This document shows positions 8,600 to 17,969 of a stretch of 64,000 nucleotides of DNA, one piece after another. The notes under the pieces were generated by a model that saw only the letters and a list, made by a program, of their open reading frames with translations, did no database searches and was not told the origin of the DNA. The number at the start of each line of letters is the position of its first letter. The first letter of the stretch is position 1. The position numbers and the translations under genes are program-made. This DNA comes from a virus: the IMG/VR virus record IMGVR_UViG_3300045988_125846, positions 91,523 to 155,522 of that record. One strand, written 5' to 3'.

Positions 8600-8867
8600 G
8601 ATTATTAGAAAAATCAAGAAGATGTTCTGTAAATCTGGACAAGTATATAAGGTAAATATCAAAGACATTATTATATCAGAAGAATTCAGGGCTACTCACC
8701 CTAGATTCAAGAAAATGGTACAAAAACGTGAATTTTACCGTAAGAATAATATGTATGAGTCGCTGGTTATACTCAACAGAGATTTTATGCTGATAGATGG
8801 ATATACTACATATTTGCTCTGTTTAGAGAATGGTGAAAAATATGTTGATGTTTATTTTATGGATTAG
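8592..8867 (+). CDS. ParB/Srx-like N-terminal domain protein
   Basis: Start moved to the ATG after GGAGGAG. ...LVILNRDFMLIDGYTTYLLCLENG... resembles the ParB-N 'DGhHR' region, though weakly. Confidence 0.4.
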   Translation: MNKIIRKIKKMFCKSGQVYKVNIKDIIISEEFRATHPRFKKMVQKREFYRKNNMYESLVILNRDFMLIDGYTTYLLCLENGEKYVDVYFMD

Positions 8868-8937
8868 GAATAAATAGAAATTTCATTTGGAGAATATATA
8901 AGTGAAACATAATAAATAAAAGATAAAAGGAGGATTT

Positions 8938-9402
8938 ATGGCTGGTACAGTTGAAAAAGAAACCAATTTTTATCTATATAAGATTATAGATAAAGACGAA
9001 TTAGTGTATATTGGGAAGTCAACTAATATTGATAATAGAATTGAAGTTCATAGCGTTATAAATAATCATTTTGATAAAAACATGTATTTTACATGTAGAG
9101 GAGAAAGTATATCAAATTTAGTTATTTATATTGCCAACGTTCCTGACGAGTATCTTTTGTCAATATATGAAATAACATTAATTTCAAAATATAAACCACT
9201 ATATAATAACAGCGACAAGTATGATACAAAACATCTATTAAAGTTACCACAAATAAATTGGTTTCCATATGTATCAAAAGAAAATTGTGAAGTAATTTAT
9301 AACATGAAAACAGGCAAGATTATTGATCCTTGTTTAATAGATACACCATTAAAAAGATGGAATATTTTAAAAGATTTACATATGGAGGAAATTAAATGTT
9401 AG
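8938..9402 (+). CDS. GIY-YIG domain protein
   Basis: FYLYKIIDKDELVYIGKSTNIDNRIEVH carries GIY...YIG...R..E-type motifs. Confidence 0.6.
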   Translation: MAGTVEKETNFYLYKIIDKDELVYIGKSTNIDNRIEVHSVINNHFDKNMYFTCRGESISNLVIYIANVPDEYLLSIYEITLISKYKPLYNNSDKYDTKHLLKLPQINWFPYVSKENCEVIYNMKTGKIIDPCLIDTPLKRWNILKDLHMEEIKC

Positions 9403-12164
9403 ATACACAGATTAATATGTATTCGGTTGATACAGGTCATTTTTATAGCAATCATGAAAAATACTTACATCAAATGAACTGTAAATACAGACGTGAAAGA
9501 AATTATGTAAATAATATGCTTCCAAAATTAGAAGAAGAACTCGTAACGCAGGGTTACAACAAAGATGATTTTTCTGATTGGAAACGTTGTACCGTTGAAG
9601 ACTACTATGAACAAGAAAATGATTCTGTAAAAGAATATATGAAGTGGTGTTTGATTATAAAACACAAAAGAGAGAAAGCAAATTTATCAAAAGAAAAACT
9701 TCTGAATCTTTTATCAAATAAGACAATTCAAAAAGAGAATCTATCGAATAAAATCGAGTATTGCAAATCGCATAATATTCCATATAATAAAAAAATCGAA
9801 TTAAGAGAGTTAAGAAAAGATGAACTAAATGATAATAATATCATTTCAGTATTTGAATCTTCCCTTACACGTATTATTGGCATTAAAAAAGACGAACTAA
9901 CAGACGCTCTTATTGTAGTTCAAGTTTATTATTTTGATGTATTTAAAGATTTGTCTTTTTATGGGTTTATGTATAATGGCGAAAAATACAGATACTTTAC
10001 ATCTTCTGCTGGTCAAATCCGTAAGAAAAAAGCTGTTTTTATTAAAGAATCAGTATGGAATGAAGTTGAAAAGACAGTCATGTGTGGTCTTACTATTGAT
10101 AAAATAAACTCAAAGGGTGGAAACAATGTTAATAAACATCTTGCGTATATGGCATTGGCGAATTCAGCTACTGACCAGTGGAATGATTTTGATATAGACA
10201 GATGTATTGTTGTAGATGATTTTGAGACGAATGTGCCAGGAGAATTTGATTTTATTGATGAGACTGATTATTCGATTGAGAGAAAAACTGGTACTGTTCC
10301 GATTACTCATACTGATGGAGCTGGCATGATATTACCAAGCGTAATGACGAAAAACACAATGTTTCGTGCTCCATGGGTGAAAGGTTTATTGGGAGTATTT
10401 GATTTTAAAAAGTTTATTGAAGTAAATAATTGCTCTCCTATTATCACAGATATTTATGGGCAAGATCATGATGTAATTGCTGAAGATATTAGAATAATTT
10501 TCACAAAAAGTCAATTTAAGATGTATAAGTTTTATGATTCATGGGATGAGTATAAGACATATTTTAAGCAATATCATTGTCAAGCTGGTAGATGTAACAC
10601 TGAGGAAGATAGAATTAAAAATGCAAAAATCAATTATCAGATGTTGCAAACTCTCACAAATGTAACAGATGAAGAGATTGATTTACTTACAAAGAAGTCT
10701 GTGGAGCGAATCACAAATATCTGTAACTCTGTTGATACTATGAAAGATATTCTTGGAATTACACCTTATAATACAAATATGACAGCTTTTCAAAAAGCAG
10801 TAAAGATTTATCCTGCTCTACTCAACGATACATATGCAAAAGACGTGATCCGTGAAGTAAAGAATAGCCTTTTAAAAAAATATAGAAGTGGAAAACTTGA
10901 AATAAATGGAAAATATACTTTCTTACTTCCAGATTATTATGCAGCTTGTGAGTATTGGTTTGGACACATTGATACGCCTAAAGGATTGTTGGCAGACAAA
11001 GAGGTATTTTGTTGGTTATTTAAACAATATGATAAACTTGACTGTCTAAGAAGTCCTCACCTCTACAAAGAACATGCTATTCGTTTTAATGTAGCGAATA
11101 AAGTATATGAGGAACGAGTTGATAAAATCAGAGAATGGTTTACAACAAATGCGGTATATACAAGTACATATGACTTGATTAGTAAAATTCTTCAGTTTGA
11201 TGTTGATGGAGATAAATCATTGGTAGTTGCTGATCCTGATTTTGTAAGAATCGCAGAACGTAATATGAATGGTGTTGTACCACTCTATTATAATATGCGT
11301 AAAGCAGAGCCAAGAATTTTGAATAATCAAAGTATTTATGAAGGATTAAATGCGGCATTTACAGGTGGAAACATCGGTGTTTATAGCAACAATATTTCAA
11401 AAATCTGGAATAATGATGTATTTATCAATGGAACAGATGAGGAAAAAGAACATGCAACTAATTGTGTCAAGCGTTTATGCTGTCAGAATAATTTTGTTAT
11501 TGATTACGCTAAGACATTATACAAGCCTGAGTTTCCAGAAACAATTGGTGAAGAAATTAAAGAGTTTACCAATCAGAAACTTCCTGCATTCTTTGAATAC
11601 GCTAAAGACAAGGAAAAATCACAAGTTGATGATAGAAATGATAGTTTTGTAAATAAACTCTACTATCGTATTCCTAATAAATCAATTAATACAAGAGGTA
11701 TGAAACTTGGAGAATTAAAATATAAGGATATGATGAAAAATCCTGATATTGTATGTTCTAAAGAGGTATCTGATTTGTATGATGAATTGAACAAGAAGTA
11801 CCGCTATATGGTCAATATGAAGGATGAATATATTGATAATCTTCATTATGTGGCTTGCTCTATTAGAAATCAATTTGCAGAGCTTGGATATTCGGAAGAA
11901 ATGATTGCTGATATGCTCATTCAATATTTATATGGTGGGGAAAAACGTGCGAAACAATTGTTTTGGTTTTGTTATGGTCAGTATATTGTTACTAATTTAG
12001 AGAATAATCCAAATATCAAAAAGAAAAAGACTAAAATGATTCAATGTATTGATTGTGGTAAATGGATTGAAGTTGATTTTATGTCCAAGTCATGTAGATG
12101 TGAACTTTGTCAGCATGAATATCGAAAACAGCTTGATCGAGAAAGAAAAAGAAAAAACAAGTAA
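9396..12164 (+). CDS. single-subunit two-barrel RNA polymerase, YonO / cellular RdRP-like
   Basis: FDVDGDKSLVVADPD (DxDGD, nt 11199-11213) and an upstream YFTSSAGQIRKKK (nt 10002-10022) resembling the RdRP 'FSxSQLR' barrel motif. C-terminal Zn ribbon CIDCGK...CRCELC. 922 aa. Confidence 0.6.
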   Translation: MLDTQINMYSVDTGHFYSNHEKYLHQMNCKYRRERNYVNNMLPKLEEELVTQGYNKDDFSDWKRCTVEDYYEQENDSVKEYMKWCLIIKHKREKANLSKEKLLNLLSNKTIQKENLSNKIEYCKSHNIPYNKKIELRELRKDELNDNNIISVFESSLTRIIGIKKDELTDALIVVQVYYFDVFKDLSFYGFMYNGEKYRYFTSSAGQIRKKKAVFIKESVWNEVEKTVMCGLTIDKINSKGGNNVNKHLAYMALANSATDQWNDFDIDRCIVVDDFETNVPGEFDFIDETDYSIERKTGTVPITHTDGAGMILPSVMTKNTMFRAPWVKGLLGVFDFKKFIEVNNCSPIITDIYGQDHDVIAEDIRIIFTKSQFKMYKFYDSWDEYKTYFKQYHCQAGRCNTEEDRIKNAKINYQMLQTLTNVTDEEIDLLTKKSVERITNICNSVDTMKDILGITPYNTNMTAFQKAVKIYPALLNDTYAKDVIREVKNSLLKKYRSGKLEINGKYTFLLPDYYAACEYWFGHIDTPKGLLADKEVFCWLFKQYDKLDCLRSPHLYKEHAIRFNVANKVYEERVDKIREWFTTNAVYTSTYDLISKILQFDVDGDKSLVVADPDFVRIAERNMNGVVPLYYNMRKAEPRILNNQSIYEGLNAAFTGGNIGVYSNNISKIWNNDVFINGTDEEKEHATNCVKRLCCQNNFVIDYAKTLYKPEFPETIGEEIKEFTNQKLPAFFEYAKDKEKSQVDDRNDSFVNKLYYRIPNKSINTRGMKLGELKYKDMMKNPDIVCSKEVSDLYDELNKKYRYMVNMKDEYIDNLHYVACSIRNQFAELGYSEEMIADMLIQYLYGGEKRAKQLFWFCYGQYIVTNLENNPNIKKKKTKMIQCIDCGKWIEVDFMSKSCRCELCQHEYRKQLDRERKRKNK

Positions 12165-12204
12165 AATTCCGCATATCTTTAATGATATTTTGCACCCATT
12201 AGTA

Positions 12205-12243
12205 ATGGACTATTTTTAAATGTTATTTTTCTAAATAGTCCAT
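12205..12243. repeat. 11-bp perfect inverted repeat
   Basis: ATGGACTATTT (12205-15) / AAATAGTCCAT (12233-43) with a 17-nt loop. A third TTATGGACT lies at 12247-55. There is no U-tract. Confidence 0.8.
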
Positions 12244-12365
12244 TCATTATGGACTTTCATTTGTGTCTATATGGAGAACAACATATCATATAGGCATAAG
12301 CCTAATTTACAAATTAAGATATGTTTCTATAAACGAATTCGTGCAGTTGGGAGGAATGATTATTT

Positions 12366-12662
12366 TTGACAATTACACAGGAAAAGATTATTAAAGAAAT
12401 CGCAGAGAAGGAAGATATAAATGTAGCGACAGTCCGTAAAGTATTCAAAAGGGCAGAGAAATGTATATTCGCCTACCTATCTTCTACTACTCCCACTGAT
12501 AATACAGTGGTAAAAATTTTAGATGGATTAAGTTTGGAATGTAAATATATTCCAGAAAAAGAAATCCATACATATGATAATATCCAATGTGAGGCAAAAA
12601 TTTGGACGAAACCAAAAATAACTCGTTATTACAATAGAAAGCTAAATGGATATTTTGATTAA
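12366..12662 (+). CDS. HU/IHF-like DNA-binding protein (divergent)
   Basis: TTG start after GGGAGG. The N-terminus (KIIKEIAEKEDINVATVRKVFKRAEKCI...) parallels the HU helix-turn-helix arm layout. Confidence 0.4.
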   Translation: MTITQEKIIKEIAEKEDINVATVRKVFKRAEKCIFAYLSSTTPTDNTVVKILDGLSLECKYIPEKEIHTYDNIQCEAKIWTKPKITRYYNRKLNGYFD

Positions 12663-13068
12663 AACAATGAAATCAGCTTTTCTTGGCTGATAAAACAGAG
12701 AATATATAATTGTCGGAAGACATTAGAACAACGTCCTATACGGACGCAATATAACACAAATTAAATTCAGAACAGTGATTTAGATCTCGTATCATACTGA
12801 GGCAATAAAGTCCATAGAGACAATGTATGTGGTGCAAGCAGCCATAACTGCTAACTTTAATGTTAGGTTGGTAAACCTACGGATAATCAGCTTATTTGGT
12901 GAACTGATAAAATCTAAGAGATTCCATCGCTACTAATTCATTGGCGGTTCTGAACAATTCTAAAGATCATTTCTAAGATTGGTACATATTCATATTGTAC
13001 TCCTCTTCTTATATGTATCGGTGACTGTGCTACAATTCTTGCAGTATGGTTGCCGATTATTCTTTTAA
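12663..13068 (+). ncRNA. ORF-free structured segment upstream of tRNA-Asn (possible 5' part of a large ncRNA)
   Basis: No ORF. Hairpins at 12837-52 (AGCAG/CTGCT), 12864-79 (TAGGTT-GGTA-AACCTA) and 12886-908 (ATCAG/CTGAT). Confidence 0.3.
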
Positions 13069-13141
13069 TCTCTTATAGCTCAGTTGGTAGAGCATCGCAC
13101 TGTTAATGCGAAAGTCGTAAGTTCGAGTCTTACTGGGAGAG
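13069..13141 (+). tRNA. tRNA-Asn (GUU)
   Basis: Hand-folded cloverleaf: acceptor TCTCTTA/TGGGAGA, D arm GCTC..GAGC, anticodon loop CTGTTAA, T arm GTAAG-TTCGAGT-CTTAC. Confidence 0.85.
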
Positions 13142-13976
13142 CTTTTCTACTTTTGTAGGACTGGTTGGTTTCGGATCAGGAGATGTTAAATCTCAAAAAT
13201 AAGCATGGCGACATGTATAAAGTGGTTCTTATCGTATTATAAGGCTGCGACTGTGAAATACAGTTTAACGGAAAACACATAAAATCTACGCCCAACCTTC
13301 TATTCAAGGACAACTGTTGGCGAATATGGTTGATTGGTGGGTGTCTTGAAATAGGCACTGTAGTAACACAGAAATGTGGGTATGATTTGTGTACTATTGG
13401 TGGGAATACCGCAAGTATAACCGCTGGTAGGATTTTGGTAATATCTCTTAAGTTGAAAAACAGGGATGGAATCAAAAGGCAAGGAGATCGCAATTCGAGC
13501 AGGATGGTGATGATTGGGCTGTACTCAAAAGGTACGGATGATCAAATGTACACCTCATCGTCCATAATAAGTACATGCTTTTGAAAGAAATCAAATTATT
13601 TTAGGTAAATAATATTTAAAAGAAAATTACAAAACAGCAAAAGTGTGTGCGACCGCAAAGAGAAAAACAACTTATTCACCTGTAATATGGTGACATATAG
13701 CACTCGCAAGGTGTTATATGAGAAAGTACAAGTACGTGCAATTCTAATAGGCTGCAACCTATGAATCTCGCAAGGAAGAATGTGCCGAAAGAAAATCTAT
13801 AATACTTTGTGGTAAGAGTTTGCCGGTTATGTCAAAACTGGTGTTGTTGCTAACTACAAGTTAATCGCTTGTGTGATAAACTGTGTCCAACCACAGTAGA
13901 TGTTAGTGTATTGAGTCAAATATCTCAGCTCATATTAAGTAATGATCTCATACTTCGGTATGGGATTTTTTATTTA
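13142..13976 (+). ncRNA. candidate large structured ncRNA (about 0.83 kb, GOLLD/ROOL-like context)
   Basis: No credible ORF and visibly GC-richer. Many hairpins (13292-320, 13521-35, 13666-83, 13881-96), GCAA and UUCG loops on the plus strand. Ends in the terminator at 13947-75 and is flanked by tRNAs. Confidence 0.4.
13947..13975 (+). terminator. intrinsic terminator (UUCG-capped)
   Basis: 7-bp stem CTCATAC/GTATGGG with a TTCG loop, then ATTTTTTATTT. Confidence 0.65.
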
Positions 13977-14051
13977 GAGTGTGTAGCTCAGTTTGGCAGA
14001 GCACTCGACTTTTAATCGAGTTGTCGATGGGTTCAAATCCCTCCACGCTCA
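13977..14051 (+). tRNA. tRNA-Lys (UUU)
   Basis: Acceptor GAGTGTG/CACGCTC, D arm GCTC..GAGC, anticodon arm CTCGA-CTTTTAA-TCGAG. The T stem is imperfect (ATGGG/CCCTC). Confidence 0.65.
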
Positions 14052-14305
14052 CTCTCTTCTGCTATTCGGCAGGAAATAAATCAAGAAAGAAGTGAAAATT
14101 ATTTTATTAATTAACAAAACAGAAGCCTTTGCAATGAGGAAACTTGTTGGAAATGAGAATGTAAAAAAGACTTATAGTGGTCATTCTAAATACTATCTGG
14201 TTGAGTCTTATCAGAATTTAAAGGCTTTAAGTAATTATAGAAAAAGTAAAATCGTTGGATAGAGACGAAATCTAAAATGAAAGGTGGTCGGAAACCATCG
14301 GTACA

Positions 14306-15535
14306 ATGAAATTTTATGATACTAATGCTATTTTAAAACTACAGGACAAAATTTTTGAGGAAGATTTTATCATAAGTTCTGTAACATTACAAGAATTAGA
14401 GCATATTAAAGTATCTCGAAACAAAGATGATCATGTAAAGTATGAAGCACGAAAAGTTTTGCACCTACTTGATGATAATTCGGATAAATATGAAGTTGTT
14501 GTATATGACAACGCAATTGAAAATTACATACTTGAGAAAAATATGGAAATAACACCTGATACTAAAATAGTTGGTAGTTGTGCATTTGTAAATACAATGA
14601 AGGATGTTATTTTTATTACAGATGATATTGCTTGTAAAATGATTGCAAGTAAGATATTTAATCTTACTGTAAAAGGTGTAAATGATGAGCCAGTAGATGA
14701 TTATAGTGGATTTATTGAGAAGACACTTTCAGAGTCAGAAATGGCTTATTTTTATGAACATTTGCAGGAAAATACCTATGGATTACTTGAAAATGAGTAT
14801 CTTATCTTAAAAGATTCTAATACTCATGCCGTTGATACTCTCGTTTGGCGAGAAGGAATGTACCAAAATATTAAATTCCCTAATATTAAATCAGATTATT
14901 TTGGCGTAGTTAAACCTCTTAATGGAGATATTTATCAGCAAATGGCTTTAAATAGTTTCTCTAATAATCAAATTACTATGATTAAAGGTTCTGCTGGTAC
15001 AGGAAAATCATATCTTGCGGTTGGATATATGATGTGGTTACTCGAAAAACACAAGATTGATAAAATTGTGATTTTTGCCAACCCAACTCCTACTATGAAT
15101 TCGGCTAAGATTGGATTTCTGCCAGGAACACAGCTAGATAAGCTCGTTGATTCAAGTATTGGTAATATGCTTGCTGGAAAACTTGGAGACAAGTTTATGA
15201 TTGAACAGCTTGTGTCAAGAAACAAGCTTTCTATATTACCGATGTGTGATATTCGAGGATTTGATACAAGTGGTTTAAATTGTGCGGTCTATATTACAGA
15301 GGCGCAGAATTTAGATATATCACTCATGAAACTTGCATTACAGAGAATTGGAGAAGATTCAATCTGTATTATAGATGGCGACTATAACACTCAGGTCGAT
15401 CTCAATCAATATGCAGGCAATAATAATGGTATGAGAAGAATGTCTGAGGTATTCAGAGGACATGATTTCTATGGAGAAATTGAATTACAGAACATCTACA
15501 GAAGTAAGATTGCTGCTGTAGCTGATGACATGTAA
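14306..15535 (+). CDS. phoH: PIN domain + PhoH-like ATPase
   Basis: YDTNAIL... PIN-like N-terminus; Walker A GSAGTGKSYLAVG; PhoH-like C-terminal half (ITEAQNL..., IIDGDYNTQVDL). Confidence 0.8.
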   Translation: MKFYDTNAILKLQDKIFEEDFIISSVTLQELEHIKVSRNKDDHVKYEARKVLHLLDDNSDKYEVVVYDNAIENYILEKNMEITPDTKIVGSCAFVNTMKDVIFITDDIACKMIASKIFNLTVKGVNDEPVDDYSGFIEKTLSESEMAYFYEHLQENTYGLLENEYLILKDSNTHAVDTLVWREGMYQNIKFPNIKSDYFGVVKPLNGDIYQQMALNSFSNNQITMIKGSAGTGKSYLAVGYMMWLLEKHKIDKIVIFANPTPTMNSAKIGFLPGTQLDKLVDSSIGNMLAGKLGDKFMIEQLVSRNKLSILPMCDIRGFDTSGLNCAVYITEAQNLDISLMKLALQRIGEDSICIIDGDYNTQVDLNQYAGNNNGMRRMSEVFRGHDFYGEIELQNIYRSKIAAVADDM

Positions 15536-15558
15536 AATATTATGAAATTGGAGGCTAA

Positions 15559-16197
15559 ATGCCTATGAATAAAGATTATTTACAGTTAGAGTTTGATAGT
15601 TTAGGAAATGAAGCAAATTATAAACTTGCAGATCCGACTCTTGTTGATTATTATAAGCGATTAAATAATCGTGAAATTCTCATCAATCAAGATATTGATG
15701 ACGGAATTGTAGAATGGACTCAGGAAATAGTTGAATGGAATAGAGAAGACAAGGATATAGCAATTGCCGAAAGAAAGTCAATTAAGATTTGGATTAATTC
15801 AAATGGTGGTTCTCTTAATGCAATAAACGAGCTTATTAATATCTGTAATCTTTCTAAGACACCAGTTTATGCTATTGGAATGGGAAAATGTTACTCCGCA
15901 GGAGGGCTTTTGCTTATGGGTATCCCAAGGGGCAACAGATATATCCTGTCGTCTACCGAAGCACTTATTCATGATGGTTCTACAGGTAGTTACGGAGATA
16001 CTGGCAAGGTACTTGATGATTTAGAGAGAACTAAGAAAATCGAGGAAGACACAAAACAGTTTATTTTAAGTCATACAAAGATTATTGAGAGTGAATATGA
16101 TAAAAATTATCGTAAAAATTGGTGGCTAGACGCTAACGAGATTATTGAAAAAGGTGTAGCTGACCACATTATTACAGATATTGAGGAATTATTTTAA
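15559..16197 (+). CDS. ClpP-family (S14) serine protease-like protein
   Basis: INSNGGSLNAINELINICNLSKTPVYAIGMGKCYSAGGLLLMG...ALIHDGS matches the ClpP core. Start may be the ATG at 15565. Confidence 0.75.
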   Translation: MPMNKDYLQLEFDSLGNEANYKLADPTLVDYYKRLNNREILINQDIDDGIVEWTQEIVEWNREDKDIAIAERKSIKIWINSNGGSLNAINELINICNLSKTPVYAIGMGKCYSAGGLLLMGIPRGNRYILSSTEALIHDGSTGSYGDTGKVLDDLERTKKIEEDTKQFILSHTKIIESEYDKNYRKNWWLDANEIIEKGVADHIITDIEELF

Positions 16198-16222
16198 GGA
16201 GGGCGCACTGCTCTCCTATTTT
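16198..16222 (+). terminator. hairpin + U-tract carrying the CTCTCCTATTT element
   Basis: GGAGGGC/GCTCTCC stem (16198-204/16210-16), then TATTTT. Confidence 0.55.
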
Positions 16223-16243
16223 ATTGGAGAAAAAGGAGAAAAT

Positions 16244-16453
16244 ATGGTAGATAGTAAAATTAAGAAAGCAACTGTTAGTGCGGCTAAAAAGAATATCACA
16301 GCAAGTGGAGTAAGAATTGAAAATGGAACCTTCGTTGACGATGAAGGTTCTATTGTAGATCGTATTGCTGAGAAGTTACCAAAAGGTACAACTATCTTTG
16401 ATATTAAAATCAGTATTGAGATTTCAGATGAAGAGTCTGAGTCTGCTGAATAG
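16244..16453 (+). CDS. hypothetical protein (69 aa), acidic C-terminus
   Basis: Start moved to the ATG after AAAGGAGAA. Confidence 0.5.
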   Translation: MVDSKIKKATVSAAKKNITASGVRIENGTFVDDEGSIVDRIAEKLPKGTTIFDIKISIEISDEESESAE

Positions 16454-16460
16454 AGAGTAG

Positions 16461-17456
16461 GTGGATGTTATAATCGACTTACATAGATTAGAAAATGAAA
16501 CAGGTTTTGAATGGAAATTAAGATGTTGTCTTGCAAAGAAACGTAAAGAGACAGATATGGATTGGATTGAAATTCGAGATATGCTTGGATTGAACATTAC
16601 ACCAGATCAGCTTAGAAAACAGGCAGTCGGATATGAAGAATATGATAATTATATTCACAACTGCGAGGGTGCATCTGAAAGAATTTTATGTGTGTCAGAT
16701 GTTCATATTCCGTTTAATTTACCTATTGATATTTTTACAAGCTATAAGGGAATTGTAGATACTTTAATAGTCAATGGTGATTTATTGGATTGTTTTTCAT
16801 GTTCTGCATTTCCTAAAAAATTCAAAGTAAATCTTGATGAAGAACTTGTTTTAGGAAGACAGTATATTATTGATTTAATCAATCTGACTACACCTAAAAA
16901 GGTAATGTTTGTGATGGGAAATCATGAATACCGTATGCAAAGATACTGTTCTGATAGATTATCAAACGAATTACTTGGCATCATCCCAACAGATCCGCTA
17001 GGAATGATTGTAGACGATGGATTCAAAGTTAATGATGAAAGAAATAAAACCCAGACACAATACTCTTCTATTCGTGAAGTGTTTGAAGATTCAAATATTG
17101 AAATCGTTTATGATAAAGAATGGTGGATAAAAGAAGGTAATGTAATTTTCTGTCACCCATTAAATTATTCATCTGGTATGTTAAAAACAACAGAAAAGGC
17201 AGTCAATTATTTCTTGCGTGTAGATCGCACATTTACTGGAATCGTAATGGCTCATACCCATAAAGTAGGAAGTTTTACTCAAGGTGGAATAAAAATGTAT
17301 GAGCAAGGTTGTGTGTGTGATTTGGATAAGCTGGATTATAACAACGGTAAACTTATAATTCCAAATCAGAACGGGTTTATGTATCTTGCATTGGATTCAA
17401 ATGGTGACATTATTGATTCCAAGACAAGAATTATTACTAATTTCATGACAAAGTAG
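16461..17456 (+). CDS. calcineurin-like metallophosphoesterase
   Basis: VSDVHIPF, GDLLD, GNHEY and AHTH motifs occur in the canonical order. GTG start. Confidence 0.75.
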   Translation: MDVIIDLHRLENETGFEWKLRCCLAKKRKETDMDWIEIRDMLGLNITPDQLRKQAVGYEEYDNYIHNCEGASERILCVSDVHIPFNLPIDIFTSYKGIVDTLIVNGDLLDCFSCSAFPKKFKVNLDEELVLGRQYIIDLINLTTPKKVMFVMGNHEYRMQRYCSDRLSNELLGIIPTDPLGMIVDDGFKVNDERNKTQTQYSSIREVFEDSNIEIVYDKEWWIKEGNVIFCHPLNYSSGMLKTTEKAVNYFLRVDRTFTGIVMAHTHKVGSFTQGGIKMYEQGCVCDLDKLDYNNGKLIIPNQNGFMYLALDSNGDIIDSKTRIITNFMTK

Positions 17457-17482
17457 ACCAAGTACAAGTGACTTGGTTTTTA
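17457..17482 (+). terminator. intrinsic terminator
   Basis: ACCAAGT/ACTTGGT stem followed by TTTTT. Confidence 0.7.
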
Positions 17483-17663
17483 TATTATGCATAAGTAACT
17501 ATGAAAATTGGGCTAATTTTCTACTTTTAATTAGTCCGATTGTATAGAAATTGTGATGTTGCTGTCACAATTGTATGTATCGGAGGGAGTGTACTCAAAT
17601 GAGACACTACCTTCTTTTTGTATTAAAAAAATAAATAATTGAGAAAAAAAGGAGAAAATTAAA

Positions 17664-17948
17664 ATGACAAAGAACGAGGTATTAAAGGCAGTAGTAAATA
17701 AAGTTGAGGGAGCTTCACAGAAGGATATCGCAGTTATTCTTGATGCTTTTGCTGATGTAATCACAGAGACATTAACAGCAAACCACGCAGAATCAGTTGC
17801 AGTTGGAAAACTTGGAAAGTTTAAGGTCAAGACAGTTCCAGAGCGTAGAGGAAAAATTATGATGGGCAATCGCAAAGGTGAGGAGTATGTAACTCCACAG
17901 CATGATGAGATTTGCTTTAAGATGTCAAAGTCTGCAAAACAGCTCTAA
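17664..17948 (+). CDS. HU family DNA-binding protein
   Basis: MTKNEVLKAVVNKVEGASQKDIAVILDAFADVITETL...GKFKVKTVPERRG... is a typical HU signature. Confidence 0.85.
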   Translation: MTKNEVLKAVVNKVEGASQKDIAVILDAFADVITETLTANHAESVAVGKLGKFKVKTVPERRGKIMMGNRKGEEYVTPQHDEICFKMSKSAKQL

Positions 17949-17969
17949 TTCTAAGGTGGTGAAAATATA

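Noticed and set aside
13176-13584. Track ORFs 13176-13493(-), 13300-13482(-) and 13330-13584(+) inside the ORF-free region
   Set aside because: They overlap each other on both strands, have no SD sequences and have odd amino-acid composition (Pro/Cys/His-rich). They fit better as chance ORFs in GC-richer structured RNA.
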